From NCBI RefSeq assembly GCF_030144855.1, contig NC_082711.1:70742001-70806000 (forward strand): DNA of 64,000 nt. Direction: 5' to 3'. Below, piece by piece: positions 1 to 12,413 of the stretch (positions within the stretch are counted from its first letter, which is position 1; each line of letters begins with the position of its first letter). The notes beneath the pieces were generated by a model that was not told where the DNA came from, searched no databases, and saw only the letters and a program-made list of their open reading frames with translations. The position numbers and the translations under genes are program-made. The stretch comes from Hypanus sabinus. Taxonomy: Eukaryota.

Positions 1-584
1 TCCTGCACACCACTGTATTGGAATATAAGATGCATATTGCTTTATCACCTTTCTTAATCATGCCAAATCTTTCATATGAAAATCTCTGCTGCTCTCCCAT
101 CATTTGACCATTTTTGTATTTTTTGCTGGTGTATCAGATGTTCTGAACATGTTGAAAAGGGTAAACACAATTTTAAAATATCTCACTGCTAAATAACTTA
201 GTTTTACTAAAATAAATATGTTTATTGCAAAAAAATTCATGGAGGTGCTAAACTACATATAGCATTTACTGTTATTATTTCTGAATATAATGTTCATTCA
301 CAAACAATAGAAGAAAAAATATAAGCAGAGCAGAGCCAAAGCCAACTGGCCCAAGCAAATAACGATTTGTACACCAGGTCTGGAAGGATCTCAAAATGTA
401 TCATCCAATGTCACATGTTCTCATAGCTGTCTTGTTGGCACTAAGCCAGCATGAGATTATTCCCGTGAAAATATCTCTCTGCTCATGGGTTGTAAGAAAA
501 TCATTCACTGCTTCATTTGGCAGTAAAGATGATCATTATGTATCTTTTTATTATGGGTGGGGTTGAAAGAATTGAAGGACAACA

Positions 585-656
585 CTGCATGGTGTGTACC
601 AACAAATACTTTCCTGTGCTACCTTTGGCACACGTGCCATAGGTTTGCTGCCCCTG
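585..656. mobile_element. Terminus of a hAT-type (Charlie-like) DNA transposon or MITE
   Basis: Ends ...TTTGGCACACGTGCCATAGGTTTGCTGCCCCTG; its reverse complement CAGGGGCAGCAAACCTATGGCACG resembles hAT TIR/subterminal sequence. The other end was not found in the window. Confidence 0.45.
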
Positions 657-829
657 AGTTAAACTGAGGCCATAGTGAGTAAGAGTAATAGATTACCATC
701 CTCTTTCTTCCCAATGGACATTAGCGAAACAGATAAGTTTCTACAATAATTTGGAAGTTTTTGCAGTCATTGTTGAGTTGAGGACACTTCTCTGCAGCCT
801 CCAATTGTTGCAGACTAAAGTTTTTGTGA

Positions 830-2030
830 GGTCAAAGCATGTTATAATTGATAGGACTTATTATATTTTCTTTGAATCTGTCACATGCCGAACATTGTGT
901 CCACTGTGTCTCTGGATGGACAGAATCCGTAGTGTATCTGAGAGAAGCTCTTCAGCCAAATTGATTGAGGAGAACTCTTGCTGATGACTTTCCCTGTGGT
1001 AGACAGCACATGGCCATCGTGGTTAATGTGTCTTTTTTTTTGAAAATGGTCACATTAACATTGTCTCCAAATCCTCCCGATGAGATTGTGGATTTGTAAC
1101 TGAAACTCCTCATTGTTGGATTTTACAACTCCAGCTGGGATACCATTGCACCTTAAACCTTTGCTGTTAGATTTCTGCTAGAGCTCGACCTTCAGGTGCT
1201 AAAAAGCTGTCACTTCCCCTTGAGGCATGTTGGAACTCCAACAGTTAGCTTTCAACAAACCAATCCCAAAGATGCCAGTTTTGGTAGAATTCAAGGCAGA
1301 CTGCTGGTAGTGGGCACACATTTGCTGGATGTGAACAGGTTGGCTATGATATGTGATCTAAGATGAGTTATTTTTGCAGGGTCTTTGACATTAATTTTCA
1401 TGTGGCAACATTTCTATTGATGCCAGTGTTTATATGGTAGGTTAGTGGAGATAATAGATGGAGTTCAGTCCAATAGTCATGGAGCAGGTGACATGGGCAT
1501 TCTTATGGTTCCCTGCTTAGATGATCATGCATTCAAACAGCTTTCGGTGCTTGCTCCATTGTGGTGGCTTTTGCTTGTAACTCCGATGAAACAAGATGTC
1601 AATATGATATGATGGTTCCCTACCTTATATTGTTAGAAGAAAGATTTCACTGCATTTTGTCTTCTATGTCCCTTCTTGCTGATCCTGCCTTGCTGGAAGC
1701 TTGCTTCTTCTCCCACCACCATGGTGCTGAAGTTGAGGATCAATTTGTTTCTTGGATGCAAACCAGCATTCTTCTCAAATAAGCTTTCGTTGAAATCTTC
1801 CTTAGCCTCATCCAAAGCTTATTGGGAATTGGGCACATGCATCGATTACTGTAGTATGTTGGTTGCATGCTACTATGGACCAAATGCTCATGTGTTCATT
1901 AATTCCATAGTGAAGATGCTTTTCAATGGCGAAGTACTCAGTGATGTTTATATTCCTCATCTGCTTTGTCTTTACAGCCAGCCATCTTCTGCCCTCTTTA
2001 TTTCAAATGTTATTTGTGACTGAGTCTTCA
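830..2030 (-). mobile_element. Degenerate RTE-clade LINE, AP-endonuclease region
   Basis: Minus-strand ORF 1633-1815 (DEAKEDFNESL...KLIL) and flanking fragments resemble the RTE endonuclease YAPT..KE.FY..L..LIILGDFNA and WTDH regions; many frameshifts. Confidence 0.55.
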
Positions 2031-2044
2031 TAGCCATTTGGATA

Positions 2045-2395
2045 GAGAAATGCAGAGATCCATGGCCCTTTGAGTGAACTCTCATCTTGGTCCTGAGTAG
2101 CTGACACTTATTTTGAGATGCTGACTCCTGGTCTAGACAGCCCAGCAAGGGACTCGGTCAACTGCAACTACTCTGCGAGTACAGTATGAATTTTGTCTTC
2201 ATATCTATCAGCTCACCTTCTTCCAAACTCAAGAGAGTACGAGCTCAGTTTGATTAAATATTCCTCATCTAACAGACTCACCAAGCCCAGACTCAATCTG
2301 GTGACCTTTTATGGTGACATTATATCCTTCCTTAGTTAAGGAGAACAGATCTGTGTACAATATTTCAGATGTAACTTCAACGAGGCTCTAAATAA
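2045..2395 (-). mobile_element. Old CR1 LINE 3' fragment
   Basis: Decayed antisense match to the CR1 LEYCVQFW/FTRLIPG/LGLYSLE segment seen intact elsewhere in the window. Confidence 0.6.
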
Positions 2396-2427
2396 CTAGA
2401 AGAAGATTTGACTTCAAGTTTGAAATA

Positions 2428-2922
2428 CAGCACTGTGCAAAACGCTTGGGCACATATATATAGCTGGGTGCCTTAGACTTCTGCACAGTACTGTAGTAAT
2501 TTTAATGTATTGCACTGTACTACTGACACAAAAAAATCATGACATATGTGAGTGAGAATAAACATGATTGGTGTCTATTGTGGATTGAGAGTGGGAAGGG
2601 GGCAGTCAGAGGAAAGGGAGTAGGAAGCACCAGAGGGACCTTCTATAATGATCAATAAACCAGTTGTTTGGAAACAAATGACCTTGCCCAGTGTCTCAGG
2701 GCTGGGTGTGTCTGCACCCATGCCATCCCACCACTCTGGCATTCCTTCTCTGCCACATGTCCCATACCCCTCCTGTGATGCTCCACCCTCGCCATTCCCA
2801 ACATACTTTGCTCCCGCCAGATTTACAAATCCACTCTCTACTCTGCTGACAAATACAGCACTGTGCAAAGATTTTAGGCATCATAGCTATATACATGTAA
2901 CTAAGACTTTTGCACAGTACTG
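2428..2922. mobile_element. Composite non-autonomous Tc1-type MITE (two TIR hairpins bracketing a core), copy 1
   Basis: TA-CAGCACTGTGCAAAA...TGCACAGTACTG-TA hairpin at 2428-2493 and a second hairpin at 2856-2922; core homologous to 25724-26119. Confidence 0.8.
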
Positions 2923-4581
2923 GTCTGATCTTGATCAGAAATATCTTCAGCCAGAGTGTGGCATACCTTTAAAATTCCCTATATGAGTGGATTTCAGAGG
3001 CTTGGCTACTGCACACGTTCAATTAATAATCTGATAGTTATTTGAATATTTGTGATGTTAATAGATAAAGAAAAGTAGTGTTGAGGTAATAGAACACTCT
3101 GATAAACAGCTCAGGACAATAGGCTAGTTGGTTGTACTTTTTTACCCAGAGGTAAGGAGCTATATAGCTTGGAGAGAGAGTAGAAGTGGGATGTTTGGAG
3201 CAGAAAGCAGTAAGAGAGAGATGAAAAATGCAGAGGTAGTATGCGAGAAGGGCAGTAAGTAGGAACTAGACAGACTGATGAATCAGTGCCTCACAACCCA
3301 CCTAACAGTGGGGATAAAAGTCTCTGTTGTTTTAACAGCCTTTTATCCAACTTTATAAACCAAGAATTTAAATCAAATCCCAGTTTCAAGTGCTGCCAGC
3401 AAACTAACCAAGCTGTTAACAGGAATTTGATGGAAACAAAAAGATGTGTTGAGAAAGTGAAGCATGATGAATTTTAAATGACACTGATGAAAACTGGATA
3501 TGTTTTGCAATTTCTCATCTCTGCCTTTCTTCCTGAAACTTCTTTGATTTTGCTCCTTTCCATTCAACCCCAGAGCTTCTTCAATTCTCTCATCTTTCTT
3601 TCATTGTTTACAGTGTTTGGGCTGAACTAACACATTCTCTCAGTATGTTGTAACTCCATCATAAAAACTACACCCTTCCTTTGTCATTCTCCCCTTCCTC
3701 TTTCAATCCTTCTCTCTACACACCTGCATTAATAACAAAAATTAAAAGCAGGTTTTAAAAAAATTGTCGTAAAACCATGACCAGCTTTGAAGATTTTAGA
3801 GAGAAAAAAATAATCTCATGCTAATTACTGTTACAGGTTCATGAGAAGCATACTATGTACAGTATGTGGCAGACATGTTCGGATAGAGTTCCACTAACAC
3901 TAGGAGAAAAGGAAAGTAAATCTGTAAACTGTCTTGTAAGATGGTACAGAGGTTACAGAAGACGCAGTCACAAAGTGGATAAATTAGTAAGATAAAGTCA
4001 TGGAATTCAGTCATATTAACGTTTATTTTAGATCATTCTGAAGTAGTGTGATGATTAAAGTAGCAGTGAGAGGTCAAAGGAGAAAATGGTGAAGAGATGA
4101 AGCAAGTTGTTAAAGTGTTGAAAGGTACTGCAGACCACCCAGACAGTGAGTGCAGTTTTCACCTGCGAGAGCAAGGCTCTGGAAAATAAATAAAATTGAA
4201 GACCACAGAGCAAGAAAGGGACATCAGGAACTGGTGTGTACTTTGCTTCACAGAGACTTGGCAAACCCCCAGCACTCTGGACAAAACTCTTCAGCCTGAC
4301 AGCTTCACCTTCCACCACATCGACCTTCAGGAAAAGGCAGAGGTGGTGGTGTACGCTTCATGATCAATTCACCGTGGTGCACAAACATGGTGGCTCTGAT
4401 CAGCCCCGCACCCCTGACCTGAGGCAACTGGTGGTCAAGGGTCATCCATTTTATCTGCCAAGGGAGGTTTCCGCTCTCATCCAAGGTGAAGTGCACATTT
4501 ACCAACTCCCCCAACCATGGCCCACATCAAGCTGGCACTGAGGAGCTGAGCAATGATGCCTTCCCAATCATTTCAGGGGGA

Positions 4582-6350
4582 GAAGTTCAAAGTACATATA
4601 TGACACCATATACTACAGTGATTCACTTTCTTGCAGGCATTCAGAGTAAATACAAAGAAAATCAATGAAAAATCACAAACAATGATGGACAAATAACCAA
4701 TGTGCTAAAGACAACAATCTGCATGAAAAAAGGGAAAAAACTCAAAATAATATTAATAAGTGGACAATAGTTAGCCTAACGTCAGTCGTGGGGAAGATGC
4801 TTTCCATTATTAAGGACGAAATAGTGGCATATCTTGATGCCAGTAATAGGATTAGGCTGATTTACCAAGGGCAAATCATGCTTGACTAATCTATTGGAGT
4901 TTTTTGAGGGTGTAACAAGGATGTTAGACGAGGGTAAGCCAGCGGATGTAGTGTACCTGGATTTTCAGAAGGCATTCGATAAGGTGCCGCATAGGAGATT
5001 GGTGAGTAAAATCAGAGCTCATGGCACTGGGGGCAGGGTTTCAACATGGATAGAAAACTGGTTGGCAGATAGAAAGCAAAGGGTAGCAGTGAATGGGTGT
5101 TTCTCGGACTGGCTGGAGGTTCCTAGTGGGGCACCACAGGGCTCTGTATTGGGACCACAGCTCTTTACGATTTATGTCAACGATTTAGATGAAGGCATTG
5201 AAAACTATATCAGCAAGTTTGCTGACAATACTAAACTGGGTGGCAGTGTGACATGCGAAGAGGACGTTAGGAGAATACAGGGAGACTTGGATAGGCTGGG
5301 TGAGTGGGCAGATACTTGGCAGATGTCATTCAATGTGAATAAATGTGAAGTTATCCACTTTGGAAGCAGGAACAAGAGGGCAGAGTATTGTCTGAACGGT
5401 GTAGAGTTAGGTAAGGGAGAAATGCAAAGAGACCTAGGAGTCCTAGTTCATCAGTCAATGAAGGTGAATGAGCAAGTGCAACAGGCAGTGACGAATGGAC
5501 AAATGGAATGTTGGCCTTTGTTACAAGGGGAATTGAATACAAGAGCAAGGATGTCCTTTTGCATTTGTACAGGGCCCTGGTGAGACCACAGCTGGAATAT
5601 TGTGTACAGTTTTGGTCTCCAGGTTTAAGGAAGGACATTCTGGCAATTGAGGAAGTGCAGCGTAGATTCACTAGGTTGATTCCTGGGATGGCAGGGCTGT
5701 CTTACGCAGAGAGATTGGAGAGATTGGGCTTGTACACACTGGAATTGAGGAGATTGAGAGGGGATCTGATTGAAACGTTTAAGATAATTAAAGGATTTGA
5801 TAGGATTGAGGCAGGAAATATGTTCCAGATGTTGGGAGAGTCCAGTACCAGAGGTCATGGATTGAGAATAAGAGGTCAGTTATTTAAAACAGAGTTGAGG
5901 AAAAACTTCTTCTCCCAGAGAGTTGTGGAGGTGTGGAATGCACTGCCTCAGAAGACGGTGGAGGCCAATTCTCTGGATGCTTTCAAGAAGGAGCTAGACA
6001 GATATCTGATGGATAGGGGAATCAAGGGATATGGGGACAAGGCAGGGACTGGGTATTGATAGTGTATGATCAGCCATGATCTCAGAATGGCGGTGCAGAC
6101 TCGAGGGGCCGAATGGTCTACTTCTGCACCTATTGTCTATTGTCTTTTGTCTATTGTCTAAATATCAAGAACATGAGATGAAGAGCCCTTGGGAGTCAGT
6201 CGATTGGCTGTGGATTCTGATCAATGTTGTGTTGAGTAAAGTTGAAAGAAGTTATCTACTCTGGTTTAAGAGCTTGATGGTTCAGGAAAAATAACTGTTC
6301 CTGAACGTGGTGGTGTGGGTCCTCATTGTTGGATGCTGCTTTCCTGTGAT
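4582..6350 (-). mobile_element. Rex1/Babar 3' fragment inserted antisense in the previous element, itself split by a CR1
   Basis: 4582-4768 plus 6160-6350 are collinear with the uninterrupted copy at 36415-36884 (AAAGTACAT..CACCATA..; AAATAT..GAACATGAGATGA; GGATGCTGCTT). Confidence 0.75.
4770..6160 (+). mobile_element. Young 5'-truncated CR1 LINE (RT plus 3'UTR)
   Basis: ORFs 4882-5583 and 5508-6059: YLDFQKAFDKVPH, PQGSVLGP, SKFADNTKLG, LEYCVQFWSP; one frameshift; (CTATTGT)n tail. Confidence 0.95.
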
Positions 6351-9300
6351 ATTCTTCAAACAAGTTGAAAAAGTATTTAATTAAATGCTACCAACATATC
6401 ATCTGTAGAAACAGAGGAGCCAACACACTTGACCACTGTTACAACACCTTCAAGAATGCTCACTGTGCCATCCCACACTCGCGCTTTAGCAAGACCGATC
6501 GCATGGCTGTACTTCACCTAGCATACAGGCAAAGACAGACAACTGCAAAGATATGGTCAATGGAGGCAGAAGATCACTTACAGGAATGCTTTGAATCGGT
6601 GGGCTGGACAATATTCAGAGCTTCATCTTTGGGTCTGAATGAACATGCCACTGTTGTCACCAACTTCATCAAAGCCTGTGTGGATGATTGTGTGTGGCGC
6701 TGAGAACATACTGTATGTCCTCAAACAACAAGCTGTGGATGAGCCAGAAAATTTGCAGTCTGGTGAGAGCTGGATCTGTGGCATTCAAGACCAGTGATCC
6801 AGATCTCGACAAGAAGTCCAGAGGTGGAAGACTATCCTAAGAGCAAAAACCAATTCCAAATGAAATTAGAGACAAAATTGGATGCACATAAGCTAAGGCA
6901 GGTTTTGCAGGCCAATACCTCCTACGAGGTGAAGCCTAACATCATAAATGCCTGAGATTCTTCAATTCCAATGTGCTGAACGTCTTTTATGCATGCTTTG
7001 AAAGGGAGAATAGAACTACACCTGTGAGAATCCCTGCAGTAATTAGTGACCCTGTGATCCCTATCTTAAGAGGCTACCATTGGAACATCTTCCAAGAGGG
7101 TTAACTCTCGGAAGGCGTCAGGCCTCGGTGGTGTATCTGGCAGGGTCCTGAAAACCTGTGCCAACTAACTGGCTGGAATGTTCAAGGACATCTTTAATCA
7201 CTCACAGGTCAGAGGTTCCCACTTACTTCAAAAAGGCATCAAATATACCGGTGCCGTAGAAGAGTAGAGTGAACTGCCTTAATGACTATCACCTGGAAGT
7301 ACTCATATCTACTGTAATGAAGTGCTTTGAGAAGTTGGTCATGGTTAGAATTAACTTCTGCCTGAGTAAGGAACTGGACCAAAGCCATTTGCTTACCACC
7401 ACAACAGATCTACAGTGGGTGCAATCTCAATGGTTCTCCACTTGGCCTAGATCACCAGGACAATAGCAATACTTACATCAGCTGCTGTTTATTGATTACA
7501 GCTCATCTTTCAACACCATCAACCCCTCAATACTAATCAACAAGCTTTAAAACCTGGGGCTTGGTACCTCCCTCTACAATAGATCTGTGATTTTCTCACT
7601 GGGAAAGCATGGTCAGTGCAGACTGGAAATAACATCCCCTCAGTGACAATTAACACAGCCACACCTCAGGGATGCAGACTTAGCCTACTGCTCCGCTCTC
7701 TCTAAAGTCACTACTGTATGACTAGTCATAGCTCAAACATCATCTACATATTTGCAAATGACTCAACTGCAGTTGGCAGAATCTCAGATGGTGACTCTGA
7801 GAAGGAACTGCACAGGAGTGAAACAGATCAGTTGGTTGAATGGTGTTACAAAATCAACCTTGCACTTAACATCAGTAAGACCAAGGAATTGATTGTGGAC
7901 TTCAGAAAAGGAAAGTCAGGAGAACACAAGGCATTTCTCATTGAGGGGTCAGCAGTGAAATGGGTGAGCAGCTTTAAGTAGCTGGGTGTCAACATCACTG
8001 AAGATCTATCCTGGGCCCTACATATTGATGCAATTACAAATAAGGCATCCACCATCTACTTTTGATGGGATTTGGCACCAAACACTGACAAATTTCTACC
8101 GATATTGTGGAGAGCATTGTGACTGGTTGCTTCGCTGTCAGGTATGGAAGTGCCAATGCCCAGGATCAGAAAAACCTGTAGAAGGTTGGAAACTCAGCCA
8201 GGTCTAGCATGGGCACAAGCCAGCCCACCATCAAGGACAACTTCAAAAGATAAGTCCCAAGAAGGAGGCATTCATTATGAAGGGCCCTCACTATCCAGGA
8301 CATGCACTCTTCCGATTACTAACATCAGAGAGAAGGTACTCCCGAAGACCTCACGCAATGTTTTAGGAATAGCTTCTTTTCCTCCAATAGCAGATTTCTA
8401 ATGGTCCATGAACATTAACTTACTCTATGTTTGCACTAATTATTTATTTATGAGTTTTATGTATTATTGTAATTTATAGTCATTTTTATGTATTGCACTG
8501 CAGTAGAAATTTCATGACGTACGTCAGTGAAAATAAACCTGATCCTACTCTGAAAAGGCCAAAAATGATTACATCATGTTTAATGTACAGTGGAAGAAAT
8601 ATAGATTTATCCACAATGATCTCTGATAAAGAGACAACCCCTAGAGATCAGGCTGTTGAACAAGAAGTAACGCCATGAAATAGTGAGCTGAAAGAGATGA
8701 GACATCAGGAAAAACATGACAATGCCTTTTCCCTGTTATTGATGTCACTGCAATGTGCAGACACAACGGCAGAAAGAAAGGGAAATATATGTGAAAGCAA
8801 TTGAATTAGAAACTGACTCCTTTCTTCTGCATCCTCTCTTAATAGTTTTTGCATTAATAGATAGCTACTTTTTCCAGCTTTTCCTCGATACTATTGTCAA
8901 TTTAGTCCAATACTTTTTGAATCCTCTCTTTGCTTCTGTACCTTGACGTCCTCTCAAAATTTGGAAAAAGCAAGCTGTACATAATTAGTTTTCTAATAAT
9001 TTGAACATGCTTACTAAGTTATATTCCAGCCCTCAAAATAAAACTGTTATCATTTATAACAACTTCTTCATCCTACTCTTTACTCCTAAGATTTTGAATA
9101 TTTAAAGTTTCTCTAATGCACTACTCATCTTGAAATTGTACCCATTAGTATATACTTAAACTCCTTTTCGCTCCTCCCACAGGAAAACATTTAATATTTG
9201 CCCTTGCTAATTTTCATCTGATAATTACTATGTGTACCACATTCATTCCTTGAAATGTCTCATGTATTTTCTAAAATATATCCAAGTTCAGATGGCATAG

Positions 9301-9551
9301 ATATATTGATAGAATCTGCAGCCTAATCCTGGGGAAAAACATTAAGAGCCCAAAAACACATTTGGCTACAACCCTCCCCAATATCCTAAACTATTACAGT
9401 TCTCAACACTACTCCTAAGATAACATGTTTGAAGGTCCATTAAAAGGTTCATAATACCTCAAGTAAGACCACTTTGAGACCAATAGCATACTTTCCTTAG
9501 ATTGCTAAAGGAGGATGGCGAATACAATAAGGTTTTCTGTTTTATCTTGGA

Positions 9552-9793
9552 GTTTGTGACAGATCTCATCAAATTATATAGCTTCACTTCATTCTGAAAC
9601 TGTAATTTTGATCCGTGATCAAGGCCACATAATTGGTTGTAGAGGACAGTGACTTGCATTCTCTGTATTATACTGATTATATTTTCCCTAAAGGCATAAA
9701 TCTTGAGTTGTAATACTATTTCAAATTTCTTATGAGTATGTTTGTGACAGACCTGCCAGCTTCTACCATAAATTAGTTGCTGTGTGATTGATG
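9552..9793. promoter_or_regulatory. Candidate enhancer: TALE/Hox motif cluster
   Basis: TGACAG at 9557 and 9745 (inside a repeated 12-mer GTTTGTGACAGA), CCATAAA at 9766 and TGATTGATG at 9785, in non-repetitive DNA. Motif evidence only. Confidence 0.3.
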
Positions 9794-11017
9794 AGGTTGC
9801 CTTGTATAAAGTATGAACTAAACAAAGAACCACAATGATATCTGTGTTCCACCACTGTCGCTTGCTCTGTTAAAAATAAAAGGCAAATGCAAGTTGTCTT
9901 GCAAGGCAATTGTGGTATAAATTTGAAACAGAATAGAACATTGAAATGCATTTCAAATGTATTCCTTAAATATTTGGCTTCTTATCTTTTGGATCTGAAG
10001 CAGATCTTTCAGTTGTTCATTGGTGAGGCAGCACAAGGTTTAAAAAGAGAGAGCCTTTCGGAGCTTTTCAGCAATCTGCAATCGCAGTGTGAGGCAGTGT
10101 GAGATTCATTAACAGCTCAGGGCTTCTCGGGTTTCTTTGGATCTTTTGAGCAGCCATCAAGGGCCAACAGAAAGAAGCGAGGTGTAAGAGGAGTAGTCAC
10201 CGTGCAAGTGGGCCAGTGTTCAGAGAGGTCAGGCTTTGGTGAGAACAGACACAAGCTAAAATTTAAACTCCAGAAGTTACAGATACAACAAGTGTAGTCA
10301 GGATGATAACTAAGGCAGCGGAATGCCCCTCCTCTGAGACGTGGGATTTCAGGGTAACTATAGATGGCTACATCTGTGGGAAGCGCATCCAACTGCAGCT
10401 CCTGACTGACAAATTCAAGGAAATGGAGCTGGAGCTGGAGCTGAATGTACTTGGGATTATCCGGGAGGCTGACAACCTCATAAATGAGACTGAAGTGGTC
10501 ACATCCAGAGTGCAGGATCTAGATAGTAGGTGGGTGACCACCTAAGTAAGTAGTCAGTGCAGGGTTTCCAAGTTGCCATTCCCCTCATCAACAAGTAATC
10601 CCCTTTGGATACTGTTGGGGCTGTATTACCTATCAGGGACACAGCAGCAGTAACACTGTGGCCAGCTCTGAGCCTCAGCAGGGAAGCATCAAGTCAGGCA
10701 GAGCGACAGGGATTGTAAACTCGATAGTTAGGGGACGGACGGGGTATTCAGTGACCTTGAAATTGATGCCAGGATGATGTCTTGCCTCCCAGGTGCCAGG
10801 GTCCAGAATGTTTTAGAATGGTTTAAGATGGAGGTCACGGTACACATTGGCATCATGAAAGGATGAAAAAATCCTGTGCAATAAGTACAAGGAGTTAGGA
10901 AAGAGACTTAAAAGCAGGACTTCCATGGTAGTAATCTCTAGATTACTCCCAATACCATGTGCTAGCCAGGGCAGAAATAGGAAGGCAGTACAAATGAATG
11001 AGTGACTGAGGGAGTGG

Positions 11018-11367
11018 AACTTGTTAGCTGTGGTTGGTGTCTCAGCTAAGAGAAGGAAAACTCTTGATCTTGAACCTCCACTGCTTATGGCTATTCCCAC
11101 TCATGAGGAAGGCTTTGGGAATATTCCAAGGAAAAATCCAAAACTGGAGTCCCTAATGTAGTCCGACAGTGAGTTCAACGCTGAGTGGCAACTTCTGTAA
11201 TGCCACTGATGCCAGACTGCATCCTTTGGATTCATCAGCTGCATGGAGAAGGGGAGTCTGCTGCAGCGGTACCAGCTTGCTCTCCATATCATACTGCCCT
11301 AGCTCACATAGACAGCTAGGATGCAACATTCATAGTTGATCCTGATCAATGGAGAGACTAATCTAAT
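11018..11367 (+). mobile_element. ~350-bp non-coding retroposon, probably RTE-related
   Basis: Flanked by the 12-bp TSD CTGAGGGAG(T/C)GG (11006-11017, 11368-11379); (CTAAT)n tail; GAGAAGGAAAACTC motif reminiscent of RTE 5'UTRs. Confidence 0.65.
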
Positions 11368-11545
11368 CTGAGGGAGCGGCATAGATGGACAGGGTTTCAG
11401 AGTTCTGAATTATTGTGATCTCTTCTGATGAAGGTATGACCTGTGGTAAAAGAATAGTTTACACCAGAGCCCGAGGAAGACCAGTATCCTTGTGGGCAGG
11501 TCTGCCAGAGCTGTTGGGGAAGGTTTAAACTCATTTGGCAGGGGA

Positions 11546-12115
11546 ATAGATAGATAGCTACTTTATTGATCCCAAAGGAAACATACAGTGTCACAGTAGC
11601 ATTACAGGTGCACAGGTAGACAAATATTGGGAGAAGTAAGAAAGAATAAAGAAATAAGTTACCTTAAAAGTAAGATGTTCATACTGATGAGATGGTAGTG
11701 CAAGAATTACAATAATGTTATACATTCACACCATCCAGATAAGAAGTGCACAGAATTGCACAGTATTGCAAAGGGTGTCTACGATAGCCGGGTGTGGTAA
11801 ACAGAGCTTAAACAGAGCTCTGGTAAACAGAGTTCAATAGCAGTCTAATAGGAGGCATCATCGCTTCCCCAACTATAGGTTCTCATTATAGAGCCTCACA
11901 AACAACAGAAAATCTGCAGAATCTGAAAATCCAAACAACACACTCAAAATGCTGGTGGAACTCAGCAGGCCTGGCAGCATCTGGGTCTTGGCCTGTACTT
12001 TTTTCCATTGATGCTGCCTGAACTGCTGAGTTCCTCCAGCATTTTTTGTGTGTTCATTATAGAACCTAATGGCCAAGGATAAAAGTGACCTCATATAGCA
12101 CCCTTTGGAGCAATG
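11546..12115 (-). mobile_element. Rex/Babar-like 3' tail fragment
   Basis: Begins (TAGA)n-CTACTTTATTGATCCC, an antisense AATAAA plus microsatellite tail; interrupts the CR1 at the ORF1/ORF2 junction. Confidence 0.55.
11897..12053. mobile_element. Penelope-derived fold-back mini-element
   Basis: Inverted arms AAAATGCTGGTGGAACTCAGCAGG..GGCAGCATC / GATGCTGCC..CTGCTGAGTTCCTCCAGCATTTT; 14-bp TSD TCATTATAGA(G/A)CCT at 11883-11896 and 12054-12067. Confidence 0.75.
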
Positions 12116-12413
12116 AAGAGAGGGCTGAGAATGGGGCAGTTAGTATCCAATTCGATGCCTTGTGTGGTGAGACTGTGAGGAAGGACAGACAGACGATAGG
12201 GCAAAATTGCAGTCAGTGGGATGAGGTGAGGTGTATGATGGGGACAAAATTGAAAAGTGTGTTTTGAATACAGGACTGGAAGTGTTATGCTTGAATGCAA
12301 GCAGTATATAGAATAAGGTAGCTGTTCAGTTAGAGATTAGAAGGTGAGATGTTGTGAGCTTTTCCGAGTCGTGGCTGAAAGAAGATCATAGTTGAGAGCT
12401 TAACATTAAAGAA

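Larger units (their letters stand above)
4170..8555 (+). mobile_element. Degenerate Rex1/Babar LINE (EN+RT), interrupted at about 4582-6350
   Basis: PFYLPRE (about 4440), RGANTLDHCY (6365 ORF), NCLNDY...STVMKCFEKLV (7269 ORF), FANDSTAVG/KTKELIVDFRK (7718 ORF); 3' tail GTATTGCACTG...AATAAACCTGAT near 8490-8550. Confidence 0.85.

Noticed and set aside
9459-9833. 124-aa minus-strand ORF in unique DNA
   Set aside because: No recognisable domain or convincing splice boundaries; length compatible with chance.
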